A DNA stretch of 64,000 bases from an uncultured Planctomycetia bacterium (GTDB lineage: Bacteria; Omnitrophota; Gorgyraeia; 2-02-FULL-51-18). Within the stretch, counting starts at the first letter, position 1. Each line of letters opens with the position of its first letter. The notes under the pieces are model-generated. The model searched no databases, was not told where the DNA came from, and saw only the letters and a list, made by a program, of their open reading frames with translations. A program made the translations under genes and the position numbers. This document shows, one piece after another, positions 19,788-29,598 of the stretch. The stretch lies in the NCBI GenBank assembly GCA_964431835.1, contig CAYSKO010000004.1:71519-135518 (forward strand). The letters run 5' to 3'.

Positions 19788-20740
19788 CGGCCCGCGTTCC
19801 GCAGACGCTGGAGGAGCGCGTCGACTCCTTCGCCGGTGACGGCCGAGATCGGGAAAATTTCCTTCTTCACGGAGCGCTTGAACTTCTTGAGCGCGTCTTT
19901 CGCCTCGGTCACGTCCATTTTATTTGCGACGAGGATCTCCTCTTTCTCGCTCAGCGTGACGGAGTAAGCTTCGAGCTCGGCGCGGAGGGCCTTGTAGTCG
20001 GAGAGGGGATCACGGCCATCCACCGCCGCGAAATCGATGAGATGAACGAGCACCTTCGTGCGTTCGACGTGCTTCAAGAAATCGAGGCCAAGGCCACGAC
20101 CTTCGCTCGCGCCTTCAATGAGGCCGGGAATGTCAGCTACGACGCGCGTGTCTCCTTCGTCGTATTTCACGACGCCCAGGATCGGGCTTTTCGTCGTGAA
20201 AGGATACGCCGCAATCTTCGAGCGCGCGTTCGAAACGCGGGAAATGAACGTGGATTTGCCCGCGTTCGGGAATCCGACGAGACCGATGTCGGCGATGAGC
20301 TTGAGCTTGAGGAGAAGTTCTTTGGCCTCGCCGGGTTCGCCAGGATGCGCGTCGCGCTTCTTGTCGTTACCGTGGCCGCCGATGCCGCCGCGGCAGACGA
20401 CCACGCTCGCGCCGATGCGGTCGAGGTCCTTCAGGAACTCGCCGGTCATGCGGTCGAAGATTTCAGTCCCGGCGGGAACGCCGAGGACGAGATCTTTTCC
20501 GGCATGACCGCGCATATTGGAGGACGAGCCGTGGCCACCGTTCTGGGCTGCGAACTCGCGCTGCATCTGGAAATCGAGGAGGGTTTGAATGTTGGTGCGG
20601 GCTTCAAGAATAACTGAACCGCCCGGACCGCCGTCGCCGCCGTTTGCACGGGGACGTCCGGGGTTCGTGCGGTCCATGCTCGCGCAGCCTTTTCCGCCAT
20701 GACCCGCCGTGCATGAAATGACGGCTTCGTCGACGAACAT
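19784..20740 (-). CDS. obg: GTPase Obg/CgtA (short form lacking C-terminal extension)
   Basis: Gly-rich Obg-fold N-terminus (GGDGGPGG) and G-domain motifs (GFPNAGKST, DIPGLIEGA, NKMD). Confidence 0.9.
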   Translation of the reverse strand: MFVDEAVISCTAGHGGKGCASMDRTNPGRPRANGGDGGPGGSVILEARTNIQTLLDFQMQREFAAQNGGHGSSSNMRGHAGKDLVLGVPAGTEIFDRMTGEFLKDLDRIGASVVVCRGGIGGHGNDKKRDAHPGEPGEAKELLLKLKLIADIGLVGFPNAGKSTFISRVSNARSKIAAYPFTTKSPILGVVKYDEGDTRVVADIPGLIEGASEGRGLGLDFLKHVERTKVLVHLIDFAAVDGRDPLSDYKALRAELEAYSVTLSEKEEILVANKMDVTEAKDALKKFKRSVKKEIFPISAVTGEGVDALLQRLRNAGR

Positions 20741-20765
20741 TACGGGAGAATGAGCCGGGTAAGGC

Positions 20766-21023
20766 TCAGGCTTCTGCGGATTCTTGAGGAACGATGTGGA
20801 CGCGGTTGGACGGCTGGAACTTGACGATCCCGTCCTTCAGGGCGAAGAGCGTAAAATCGCGGCCCAATCCGACGAAATGTCCGGGAAAATACTTGGTGCC
20901 CTTCTGCCGGATGATGATGCTTCCGGCCCTCACGAACTGCCCCGCGTACCGCTTTACACCCAGCCGCTGGGAGTGAGAATCGCGGCCGTTCTTGGAGGAA
21001 CCTAAACCTTTTTTATGTGCCAT
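20766..21023 (-). CDS. rpmA: 50S ribosomal protein L27
   Basis: [16 protein letters not shown]...RQKGTKY signature. Confidence 0.95.
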   Translation of the reverse strand: MAHKKGLGSSKNGRDSHSQRLGVKRYAGQFVRAGSIIIRQKGTKYFPGHFVGLGRDFTLFALKDGIVKFQPSNRVHIVPQESAEA

Positions 21024-21041
21024 GGCTTAAAACTTTCTTGT

Positions 21042-21359
21042 TTAGGCGCCCGCGTGAACGGACTTGATCTTCACGCGCAGGTATTTCTGGCGGTGGCCGA
21101 TCTTGGTGGCAGCCTTCTCGCGACGGATGTATTTGAACGAAATAGTCTTGGCGGACTTCACCTCGTCGACCAGCTCCGCATCCACGAAGGCACCCTTCAC
21201 GAAGGGCTGACCCACGGTGGCTTTGTCGCCGTCCGCAAGAAGAAGAACCTTGTCCAGCTTCACGCCCTTGGACTTGCTCACCTGGGTGAGCTCGATGTCC
21301 AGCGTGTCGCCAGCCTTGACCTTGTATTGTTTACCGCCTGTTTCGATGATAGCAATCAT
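21042..21359 (-). CDS. rplU: 50S ribosomal protein L21
   Basis: MIAIIETGGKQYKV signature. I used the internal ATG at 21359 because the 30-aa N-terminal extension in the track ORF is unsupported. Confidence 0.93.
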   Translation of the reverse strand: MIAIIETGGKQYKVKAGDTLDIELTQVSKSKGVKLDKVLLLADGDKATVGQPFVKGAFVDAELVDEVKSAKTISFKYIRREKAATKIGHRQKYLRVKIKSVHAGA

Positions 21360-21372
21360 AAGAGTTAGAAAG

Positions 21373-22983
21373 TTACCACAGCCGTTTGCGCTTGTCAAGC
21401 AACCGCTTGAAGCGAACTTCTTCGACGTGTACGTGCGGGTCCCCGACAAGCGTGACGCGATTTTGTCCGACTGCTTCTATCTGGCGGATCATTTTTTTAT
21501 CCTCTCGAGAAAGTACTTCGACGACGTCCGGAGAAGCGTTCACTTCCACCTGCTCGCGCTTCAGCGGCTTGAGATACGCGGTGAGGCGCTGGAGCGCGTC
21601 GGCCGCGACGGTTTCTTTGGAACGCACAATTCCCTTCCCGTGGCAATACGGGCACTGCTGGGACGCCGCGCTTTCGAGCGATTTTCTCATGCGCTGCCGC
21701 GTCATCTCGACGAGGCCGAGCTGGGAAAGATTCAGAACGCTCGTCTTGGCGCGGTCGCGTTTGAGAGACTCCTCGAGGATTTTCAGGACGCTCCGGCGGT
21801 GCTCCGGAATGTCCATATCGATGAAGTCGATGATGATAATGCCGCCCAGGTCGCGCAGGCGGATTTGCTTGGCGATTTCCCGCGCGGCCTCGCAGTTGGT
21901 CTTGAACGCGGTGTCCTCGAGATTGCGCGTGCCGGTGAACTTGCCGGTGTTCACGTCGACCGAGACGAGCGCCTCGGTCTGCTCGATGACGACGTGACCG
22001 CCGCTTTTGAGCGTAGCACGCGGTTCGTAGATTTTGTCGATTTCCCTCTGCACTCCGAAGGCCGTGAAGATGTGCTGCTCCCCCGCGTAAAGCTGGAGCT
22101 TCGGCAGGAGGTTCGGCACAGCCGCCGTCATGAACCGCTCGACTCGCTTAAACTCCTCGCGGTCGTTGACGACGATGCGCTCGAACTGCTCGGTCAGCAC
22201 GTCGCGCACGAGGCGAAGCGTCAGGCCGTACTCCTCATGGACCACCGCGGGAGCGCGACGCGATCCGCAGCGGCGTTGGATGAGCTTCCACTGATGGACC
22301 AGGAACCGGATGTCGCGCTCGAGAACCTTGGCGTCGCAGCCCGAAGCGGCCGTGCGAACGATCAGGCCGGCTTCCTTCGGAAGATCGATGTCCTTGATGA
22401 TCTGGCGGATGCGCTCACGCTCCTTGCGGTCGTCGATGCGTTTGGAGATGCCGATGTGCGGGTGGTGCGGCATAAAGACCACGAAGCGGCCGGCGAGCGA
22501 GATCTGGCAGGTTAAGCGCGCGCCCTTTGTGCCGAACGGCTCTTTGACGACTTGGACGAGCACTTCCTGGTCTTTCTTGAGGACGTCCTGGATGAGAGGG
22601 TCGGGCTCGTGCTTGTGCCCGCGGCCCCTGTGGCCATGACGGCCGCCGCCGCCCTTATGCTGCTCGGGAGCGCGGCCTTCGGTGGGCTTCGCTTCTGCGT
22701 CCTCTTTCTTCGCGTCTTCTTTTTCTTCGTAAACGGCGTCTTCGTCCAGGATCCCCTGGCCGATAACGTCCGTTACGTACAGAAAACCGTTCTTTTCTAG
22801 GCCCAGGTCGACGAACGCCGCACCGATACCCGGCACGATCGAGCTCACCCTGCCCTTGAAGATCGACCCGACGAGCTGGCGATCGGTCTGCCGTTCGACG
22901 TAATATTCCTCGAGATGACCGTCTTCGACGACCGCCACCTTCTTGGACTGGAATTCCATGTTCACTACAATTTCTTTTTTCAT
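21373..22983 (-). CDS. rng: Ribonuclease G/E family endoribonuclease
   Basis: S1 domain (GSIFKGRVSSIVPGIGAAFVDLG), DNase-I-like and Zn-link regions with a CPYCHGKG motif. Confidence 0.85.
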   Translation of the reverse strand: MKKEIVVNMEFQSKKVAVVEDGHLEEYYVERQTDRQLVGSIFKGRVSSIVPGIGAAFVDLGLEKNGFLYVTDVIGQGILDEDAVYEEKEDAKKEDAEAKPTEGRAPEQHKGGGGRHGHRGRGHKHEPDPLIQDVLKKDQEVLVQVVKEPFGTKGARLTCQISLAGRFVVFMPHHPHIGISKRIDDRKERERIRQIIKDIDLPKEAGLIVRTAASGCDAKVLERDIRFLVHQWKLIQRRCGSRRAPAVVHEEYGLTLRLVRDVLTEQFERIVVNDREEFKRVERFMTAAVPNLLPKLQLYAGEQHIFTAFGVQREIDKIYEPRATLKSGGHVVIEQTEALVSVDVNTGKFTGTRNLEDTAFKTNCEAAREIAKQIRLRDLGGIIIIDFIDMDIPEHRRSVLKILEESLKRDRAKTSVLNLSQLGLVEMTRQRMRKSLESAASQQCPYCHGKGIVRSKETVAADALQRLTAYLKPLKREQVEVNASPDVVEVLSREDKKMIRQIEAVGQNRVTLVGDPHVHVEEVRFKRLLDKRKRLW

Positions 22984-23004
22984 TTCGCTCCCTCGTTTGA
23001 TCTT

Positions 23005-23047
23005 TATAAAAAAACACGCGCCGCCCCGATAGCGGCCGGGCGGCGCG
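23005..23047 (-). terminator. Rho-independent terminator downstream of pilQ, upstream of rng
   Basis: Perfect 10-bp GC stem (CGCGCCGCCC / GGGCGGCGCG) with an 11-nt loop. On the transcribed minus strand it is followed by TTTTTTTATAAAG. Confidence 0.7.
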
Positions 23048-23105
23048 AGCTTGGAAATTCATGCGTTTCGACAATGCCGGAGCGCCTCAAGCGCCCCGGA
23101 GACGG

Positions 23106-24692
23106 TCAGATGCGCTGCCCCTGCTGGGCGGCGGCCCCCTGATCGGGGACAATGTTGACCGTCATGAAAAATAACAGGTCCGTTTTCTGGACCGTCTTGT
23201 CGTTATGGCTGAAAAGTTTTTCCAGCAGCGGGATGTCGCCCAAAACCGGGACTTTCGTTCTCGAATCGACTATCGTTTCGCGGATGAGACCTCCGATTGC
23301 GATGGTTTGACCGTTCCTAATACGAACCTGTGTCTTGGCCGACCTCGTAGAGAAACGAGGGGCCTTGACGTCCGGCGTGAGCGTGTCGAAGCCCAGGAGA
23401 CTGGTGATCTCCGGCGCGATGCTGACGACGATCTCGTCGGCGCTATTGATTTGCGGGATCACCGAAAGGCGGATGCCGAGATCGCGGTCCTTGTATCCCG
23501 TGATCTCCATGCGGCCGGTCGTCGAATTTCTTTCGAAGGTGGGAATCGCGATGATTTCACCCACCAGGATCTTCGCCTCTTGGTTGTTCAGCGTGGTGAC
23601 GTGGGGCTCCGATAGGACCTTTGCGTCGTTGCGCTGTTGGATCAGTTCGAGCACCGCCTGGAACTGGGTGAAATCCAGCGTGCCGAATTGGAACTCCGCC
23701 TTGTCCGCCACGGGGAAATTGGCCTCGTGGACGAAATCGGTGGCAGGGAAATCTTGAACTTCGTCCGACGTGGAAGTGCCACCCGCGTCCGACGTGGTGC
23801 TGGTGGTCGCCCCGCGGCCTTCGGGTAAAAGGCTGTTCAGGAAGCGGGGGCCGGACTTGGTCGCGCGGAAAGGCGCGGTCGTCGGACGCGACGAACCAGA
23901 AACAGCCGCGCGAAGATTCCACTGAATGCCCATGCGGTCCGCGCTGCCGAGCGTGGTTTCGATCACCTTCGCCTGAATCGTGACCTGCGGGGTCGTGCGA
24001 TCCAGGCGCTGGATGACTTTCCCGATGCTTTGCAGGGTGGTCGGCATGTCCGTTACGATGATCGCGTTCGAACGGCTGTCCGAGCGGATTTTGCCGCGCT
24101 CGGAGAGAATGTCGCGCAGCGCTTTTTCCACTTCCGCCGCCTGCGCGTAGTTGAGCACGTACACTTCTGTGGAGAGTTCTTCCTTCTTGAGATTTTCGAT
24201 CGTCGTTACGCGGATGATGTTTCCGTCGCGGTCGTAGGCGTAACCGTAAGTCTTAAGAACGACGTCGAGAGCTTTTTCCCACGGCACGTCGACGAGGCGG
24301 ATAGTCACCACTCCGGTGACGTCTTTGCCAGCGACGATGTTCACGCCGCTCTTGAAAGAAAGAATGCGGAGCACGTTCTGGATGTCGGCTTCTTTGAAGT
24401 CTACGGTCACGTTGCCGGGCGAGGTCGTCGATCCTTCGACGACGGTCGAATCCGAGGGTGCCGGAGAATCCGTCTCGTCGGAGGAATAAGCGGGTTCTTC
24501 GGCCGTCGGCTGCGCTTCGGACGCCGTGGAAGCCTGCGACGAGGGTTCTGTCGCGGCGGCGGGGGCGGCGGCTTCTACGGGAGGCTGGTCATCCGCCGCT
24601 TGCAGCGAGGCAAAAGGAACGAAAACCAGGAGCGCAATCGACAAAATGGACTTCGCGAGCGTACGCAAGGTCGTTTTATCGTTCAGTGGCAT
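23106..24692 (-). CDS. pilQ: Type IV pilus secretin PilQ
   Basis: Signal peptide, a Pro/Ala/Ser-rich linker, a secretin-N domain (VDFKEADIQNVLRILS...) and a C-terminal secretin domain (VPVLGDIPLLEKLF). Confidence 0.9.
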   Translation of the reverse strand: MPLNDKTTLRTLAKSILSIALLVFVPFASLQAADDQPPVEAAAPAAATEPSSQASTASEAQPTAEEPAYSSDETDSPAPSDSTVVEGSTTSPGNVTVDFKEADIQNVLRILSFKSGVNIVAGKDVTGVVTIRLVDVPWEKALDVVLKTYGYAYDRDGNIIRVTTIENLKKEELSTEVYVLNYAQAAEVEKALRDILSERGKIRSDSRSNAIIVTDMPTTLQSIGKVIQRLDRTTPQVTIQAKVIETTLGSADRMGIQWNLRAAVSGSSRPTTAPFRATKSGPRFLNSLLPEGRGATTSTTSDAGGTSTSDEVQDFPATDFVHEANFPVADKAEFQFGTLDFTQFQAVLELIQQRNDAKVLSEPHVTTLNNQEAKILVGEIIAIPTFERNSTTGRMEITGYKDRDLGIRLSVIPQINSADEIVVSIAPEITSLLGFDTLTPDVKAPRFSTRSAKTQVRIRNGQTIAIGGLIRETIVDSRTKVPVLGDIPLLEKLFSHNDKTVQKTDLLFFMTVNIVPDQGAAAQQGQRI

Positions 24693-25107
24693 TTTTTCCT
24701 TTGGGTTCGTCCCGGTAAAGCGGTACGTACGTTTCGGTTCCGTTCAACAGGAATCGCGCGCCATTGCGCTCGATCTTCAAGACCTTCATTCCGCCGGTCT
24801 CCTCGCCTTCCTTTAATACGGAGCCGTTCACAACGATCACGGAACCCTTCGGGTCGAACACGATCCCTTCGATCGAAATTTCTTCGGCGGATTCAACCCC
24901 GTACAGACCCGATCCCTGCCTGGAATTAAGCGTCAGGAGTGGAGCGAATGGGTCTCTCTTGCCGCGCGGATCGTACGTCGGCTCGTCCGCTGCCCTAACG
25001 CCGTCGATGATACCAAACGACATCAAAAGAATCCAGAAAAAGAATTTTACTCTCAAATTATGAGCATCGCTAGACTTCTTTCTTAAAGGATCAATTTTTC
25101 TAATCAA
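24676..25107 (-). CDS. pilP: Pilus assembly protein PilP-like
   Basis: 143-aa periplasmic protein with an RDPFAPL motif, located between pilO and pilQ. Confidence 0.65.
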   Translation of the reverse strand: MIRKIDPLRKKSSDAHNLRVKFFFWILLMSFGIIDGVRAADEPTYDPRGKRDPFAPLLTLNSRQGSGLYGVESAEEISIEGIVFDPKGSVIVVNGSVLKEGEETGGMKVLKIERNGARFLLNGTETYVPLYRDEPKGKNATER

Positions 25108-25109
25108 AT

Positions 25110-25745
25110 TTAACTCCTGCGCCGGTACGTTTCGATCTCGAGCTGGATTTCGTGGCGGCGGGCATCACTCGGGTTCTCGACCACGCGGAGGTCGGCTACC
25201 CGGAAGAAGGTGGGACTCGCTTCAAGCCGGCCGAGGAAACGCCCGAGCTCGTGACCGCCCGCTTGCGCGCTGATCCGGATCGGGACTTTCGCGTAGGGGC
25301 CGGCTTCCCCCGCCGTCTGTTCGTCGGGCTTAAGCGAGACGATGCGCAGGCCCGACGCCGACGCGAGCTTCGAAAGGTTCTCAAGAAGCGACGGAACTTC
25401 GTCGGGGGCGATGAAGGCGCTTTCCGATTTATCGAGGCGTTCTTTCGTGCGCGTCCACATCGCCTCGATCTTATCCTTGTTCTTGCGGTCGTCGCGCAGG
25501 CCCTGAAGCTCGGCCTTTTTGGCCGACAGCTCCGCGCCGCCCGAAAACGCGCCGATGATCGGCCGGAGAACGAGGAAATAATCGATCGTAAAAAGAAAGC
25601 ACGCGCCGAAGACAAGGATCATCACCTTCTCGCGGGGGTTGCGGCCGTTCACAAAAGCGGCTATCCGGTCGACGAAAGCCGGGCGCTTCGGGACGAATTT
25701 CGTCAGTGGCTTGAGAAAAGCGAATCCCTCCTGCCCGAGTTTCAT
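25110..25745 (-). CDS. pilO: Pilus assembly protein PilO-like
   Basis: TM helix plus a coiled-coil and a C-terminal domain. Starting at the internal ATG gives an ATGA overlap with pilN. Confidence 0.65.
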   Translation of the reverse strand: MKLGQEGFAFLKPLTKFVPKRPAFVDRIAAFVNGRNPREKVMILVFGACFLFTIDYFLVLRPIIGAFSGGAELSAKKAELQGLRDDRKNKDKIEAMWTRTKERLDKSESAFIAPDEVPSLLENLSKLASASGLRIVSLKPDEQTAGEAGPYAKVPIRISAQAGGHELGRFLGRLEASPTFFRVADLRVVENPSDARRHEIQLEIETYRRRS

Positions 25746-26431
25746 TCGGCCACCGCCGCTTTCTTCTCCTTGCGGAACGTGCAAACGAGCGAGAAGTCGA
25801 ACACGTCGGTCTCGCGGATTTTGCGCTGATTCATGTTCTGGAGCTCGATGGATTCGAAAAGAGTCGAGAGGTACGCGTTTTCCTTCAGGACCTTGATGAA
25901 CTTGCCGACGTACGCGGTCTCCTGTCCCTGCGCGACCACGGTGCCCTCAAGGAGCAGCGCGCGTTTCTTTTCCGTCTTCGCGCCCGCGGCCGCCTCGGCC
26001 GCCCGGCGCTTGCGCGCCGCCGATCCGGTGTCCCCCTTGCCTACGCCGCCGCCCGATTGGACGTCGGTGAGGCTCAGGCCGCGCAGCCAGACGCCTTTGG
26101 TGGTGGAATCCGAAAGCGCGTTGAGGAGTCTCGACCATTGGTACGGACGCGAAGCCACCACGTGCGCGTCCTTCAAGCGTACTTTGAGTCGCTGGATCGC
26201 CTCTTTGCGCTCGAGGATTTCCTTGTTCTGTTCCTTCAGCGAAACGATCGCTGACGACGTTGCCGCCGCGTCGACGCGCCGGAGGATTGCGAGGCACCCG
26301 AAGACAATTTGCAGACCGACGAACGCGGCAAGAAGGATCTTGAGTGTGCGCTTGATCGGAAGCTCGGGTAGGACGAAGGCGACGCTTTCCTTCTTTCGAA
26401 GATCCTCGGGAAGAAGATTGATTTCGATCAT
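25742..26431 (-). CDS. pilN: Pilus assembly protein PilN
   Basis: N-terminal INLLPED motif and a single TM helix. 4-nt overlap with pilM. Confidence 0.75.
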   Translation of the reverse strand: MIEINLLPEDLRKKESVAFVLPELPIKRTLKILLAAFVGLQIVFGCLAILRRVDAAATSSAIVSLKEQNKEILERKEAIQRLKVRLKDAHVVASRPYQWSRLLNALSDSTTKGVWLRGLSLTDVQSGGGVGKGDTGSAARKRRAAEAAAGAKTEKKRALLLEGTVVAQGQETAYVGKFIKVLKENAYLSTLFESIELQNMNQRKIRETDVFDFSLVCTFRKEKKAAVAE

Positions 26432-27447
26432 TTGGAGTTTCCCAGCCCGCGGAGGGCCATCCCGAGCGCGACGTTGAGCTCCGCCGAGTGGCTCGCCAGG
26501 AACTTTTGGTCGAGGTCTCCGAAGACCTGCATCTTTTTCATGTTGTCCCAGAGAGAGACCGTGTGCCCGAGTTCCTCGGTGAGGAGCTCGGGTGCCCCCA
26601 GCGAAAGCGCGCCGCCGCCGCTCATCCAGATCGCTTTCAGCTCCTCGCCGGCTTCGTTCTCGAAGTAGTCGATGGAATGGCGGATCTCGTCGATTAGCGG
26701 TTCGAAACCCTTCTGCGTGGCCGCGCGAAGCGCTTCAGCATCCTCGGGCGCGGCGGCTACTTTGAGTGCATCCGCCTCATCCTCGGTGATTTTGTTCGAG
26801 TCCGCGAGCGCTTTCGTCACTCCCTGCGCGCCCACGGGGATCTCGCGGACGAAAAAAGGCTGTTTGTCGTGGATGATCGCGAAGGAGCTGACGACGTGGC
26901 CGATATTGAGGATTCCGTACGAGCGGGAGTCTGCCTGGCCGTCGGCCAGCACCTCGAAGGCGTTCATCAGACAAAAGATGTCAACGTCGATGAGCTCGGG
27001 CTGGATGCTGATGTCGGAGAGGAGCTTGAGTCGCTCCTGAACGTAATCCTTCTTGGCCGCGACCAGGAGAACGTCCATCGTCTTCTTGGCCGCAGTTTGG
27101 TTCAGGATCTGGAAATCGAGGATGCAGTCGTCGATCGGGAAAGGGATGTGGCTCTCGGCTTCGAAGCGGATCGCGCCTTTTAACTCCGCGTGGGTCATGG
27201 AAGGCAGCGAGATACGGCGGATGAGAAGCGAGGAACCGGAGACGGAGATGCGGATGCGCTTGGAGGCGCCTTCGGCGTCGACGGAATACTGGATGGCCTT
27301 CCGGACGTCCTGCGGCGACATGCCTAGAAGCGGGTAAATGGACACCCGGTTCAGCTTAATTTCCTGCTGGCTTCGGGCGATCTCGACGCATTTCAGCGAA
27401 TAGCTGCCGATGTCGAGACCGACCGCCGCGAAATTTTTGGGTTTCAA
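26428..27447 (-). CDS. pilM: Type IV pilus assembly ATPase-fold protein PilM
   Basis: Actin-like fold with GLDIGSYSLKCVEI start. First gene of the pilMNOPQ block. Confidence 0.9.
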   Translation of the reverse strand: MKPKNFAAVGLDIGSYSLKCVEIARSQQEIKLNRVSIYPLLGMSPQDVRKAIQYSVDAEGASKRIRISVSGSSLLIRRISLPSMTHAELKGAIRFEAESHIPFPIDDCILDFQILNQTAAKKTMDVLLVAAKKDYVQERLKLLSDISIQPELIDVDIFCLMNAFEVLADGQADSRSYGILNIGHVVSSFAIIHDKQPFFVREIPVGAQGVTKALADSNKITEDEADALKVAAAPEDAEALRAATQKGFEPLIDEIRHSIDYFENEAGEELKAIWMSGGGALSLGAPELLTEELGHTVSLWDNMKKMQVFGDLDQKFLASHSAELNVALGMALRGLGNSK

Positions 27448-27502
27448 AGGGGTCGCGCCGTGCCCTTTCTTTTTTTAGCAAAAAATTAGCAAAAGTCGCT
27501 AA

Positions 27503-27531
27503 ACTTCAACAGGATTGTATTATAAATACAG
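27503..27531 (-). promoter_or_regulatory. Consensus sigma70-type promoter upstream of pilM (TTGACA-N17-TACAAT)
   Basis: The minus strand reads TTGACA tcgtgctgtatttataa TACAAT, about 50 nt upstream of the pilM ATG. It lies in the only AT-rich gap of this region. Confidence 0.6.
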
Positions 27532-27538
27532 CACGATG

Positions 27539-29539
27539 TCAAAGAGACGCGGCACGTTCGACGCGGGCGATCTCTTTTTCCAGTAATTTGGGATCTTTTT
27601 CGGACGATTCAAGGATGAGACGCCGCGCGGAGAGAAGCGTCGCGGCGCCTGAGCCGTCCCCCGCCAGGACGCGGGCCGCCAAGGCGTAACCCAGAGCCTC
27701 TTTTTCGTAGGCAGGGTAACGCGTCCGAACGAGTGTTTCGTAATCGCCGGCCGGCATCCGCCCGAGCATCGCGCGAGCCATGTCCCCGTACCACCCTTCC
27801 CCGCCCTCCGCCAACAAGACCTCGAGCTCCTGCCTCGTCTCGGTGTCCCGGCCATCGCGGTACAACGACAGCGAACGCGCGGCGCGGAGGATCGAACGCA
27901 GTTTCGGCTTTCCCTCGAAGGCCCGAAGCCCTTCGTCGGTCCAGCGCAGACCCAAGTCGAGTTTGCCGTCGAGTTCGTACGCAAGGAGAAGGTTCACGTA
28001 TAGACGCAGCTCTTCGGGCTGCATGCGCCAGGCAGCTTCGAAGGCTCCCGCCGCGTCCGCGTAGCGGCCCATCCCCATGAGCGCGACTCCAGCGTTCGTG
28101 AGCGCCGCCGAATCGGGGCCGTCCAGCGCGTACGCCTTCTTGAAATAGGGATAGGCGTCGGCGTAACGCTTCGTCTTAAGGAAATAAGCGCCCATGTTGA
28201 ACTGGTTCACCTCCGAAGTGGGATCGATGGCGAGCGCCGTGCGGAAATAAACCGCCGCCTTCCCCAGATCGCCGTTCTGAAAATAAATTCGCCCCAGGTT
28301 GAGGTGGCCGTAATAAGCATAGGGCGTATCGGACTTCGAGAGCGTGTCGTAAAACCGCTCGTTGTCGGAGTAGAACGTATTCCGCTGGTAGGTGCGGAGG
28401 GCGAAAAACGAGGAAAAAGCGAACGCCGCCGCGAACGCCGCGATCGCACAGGCCCGAGGAGCGGCGAGCGCTCGCGCGAGGCCGGCCGCCAAAACGAACG
28501 CGAATCCGATCGACGGAAAAAGGAAGTAATGCTCGGCCCACTGAGGATAAAACGGCACGATTTGGAGATAGGGGCCGAAAGAAAGCGCCGCCAGCGTGAG
28601 CCCGAAGAACGCCGCGCCGCGCCGCCGGAGCGCCATGATCCAGAGCGTAAGATAAGAGCCCACCACCGCGAGAGTGGCCGCGACACGCGGATCGGCGAAC
28701 GTCTTCACGAAAGCGATGGAATCGCAATATTTGAAGGGCTCGGGAAAAAGGAGGGCTCGGACGTAGCGGAGGTACGGGTCCCCCATCGAAAGAAGCCGGA
28801 GCGCGGCACCTTTCGCGTCTGTCACCGGCGGAGCCAGCGGCACCGCGCAGCCGAATTTACGAAAAAGAAGGAAAGCCGCTCCGACGGCCGCGTACGGCAC
28901 GAGCCTCCGGACGAGATCTTTGAAGGACGATCGCACGAACGCGACATCCAGCACGATAACGTAGAGCGGCAGAAGAATGCAGCTTTCCTTCGCGAAAAGG
29001 GAGATCGCGTACGCCGCGAGCGCGCCCGTCCGCTCTCCGCGCCAGTAAAGGAGGAGGGCCGAGAGCGTGAAAGCCGCGCCCAGAAGATCCCCACGGCTGG
29101 CGATATACGTGACCGACTCGGTGTGAATCGTGTTCACCGCGAACGCGAGCGCCGCGACGAAGGCCGCGCCCACATTTCCGGTCGCCCTGAAAAGAAGCCT
29201 GAGGAGAAGGAGCGCGATCCCGCAGTGGAGCGCGAGATTCGTCAGGTTGTATCCGAGCGGATTCAGTTTCCAGAAGCTGTAGTCGAGCGCGAACGTGACC
29301 GACGTGAGCGGCCGGTAGTACTGGGTCCAAGAGAGCGTGCGGTCCGTCTTGTAGAAAAAGCCGGTGGCGAAGAGTTCGGGCACGGAGGAAAGCTCGCGGA
29401 GAAGGGAGTTCTCCATGATGATCGATTCCTCGTCGAAAAGAAAGTTGTGCCCGAGAGAGGCGCTGTACAAAAGAACCAGCGCCGCGCAAAGGACGAAGCC
29501 GGCAAGAAAGACGGGGTGGCGGAAACGGTGAGTTCTCAA
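27539..29539 (-). CDS. TMTC-like GT-C-fold membrane glycosyltransferase with C-terminal TPR repeats (DUF1736-type)
   Basis: About 11 TM helices carrying an FLFDEES acidic loop motif, followed by TPR repeats (YGHLNLGRIYFQNGDLGKAAVYF...). TTG start. The gene sits between pilA and pilM. Confidence 0.7.
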   Translation of the reverse strand: MRTHRFRHPVFLAGFVLCAALVLLYSASLGHNFLFDEESIIMENSLLRELSSVPELFATGFFYKTDRTLSWTQYYRPLTSVTFALDYSFWKLNPLGYNLTNLALHCGIALLLLRLLFRATGNVGAAFVAALAFAVNTIHTESVTYIASRGDLLGAAFTLSALLLYWRGERTGALAAYAISLFAKESCILLPLYVIVLDVAFVRSSFKDLVRRLVPYAAVGAAFLLFRKFGCAVPLAPPVTDAKGAALRLLSMGDPYLRYVRALLFPEPFKYCDSIAFVKTFADPRVAATLAVVGSYLTLWIMALRRRGAAFFGLTLAALSFGPYLQIVPFYPQWAEHYFLFPSIGFAFVLAAGLARALAAPRACAIAAFAAAFAFSSFFALRTYQRNTFYSDNERFYDTLSKSDTPYAYYGHLNLGRIYFQNGDLGKAAVYFRTALAIDPTSEVNQFNMGAYFLKTKRYADAYPYFKKAYALDGPDSAALTNAGVALMGMGRYADAAGAFEAAWRMQPEELRLYVNLLLAYELDGKLDLGLRWTDEGLRAFEGKPKLRSILRAARSLSLYRDGRDTETRQELEVLLAEGGEGWYGDMARAMLGRMPAGDYETLVRTRYPAYEKEALGYALAARVLAGDGSGAATLLSARRLILESSEKDPKLLEKEIARVERAASL

Positions 29540-29545
29540 AAGAGT

Positions 29546-29583
29546 ATAAAAAACCCCCGCCGTTTTCCGGCGGGGGTTTTTCT
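29546..29583. terminator. Bidirectional-looking intrinsic terminator immediately downstream of pilA
   Basis: AAAAAA-CCCCCGCCG-tttt-CGGCGGGGG-TTTTTT hairpin with a 9-bp GC stem flanked by A and T tracts. Confidence 0.75.
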
Positions 29584-29598
29584 TCGATTCTTCTTACG

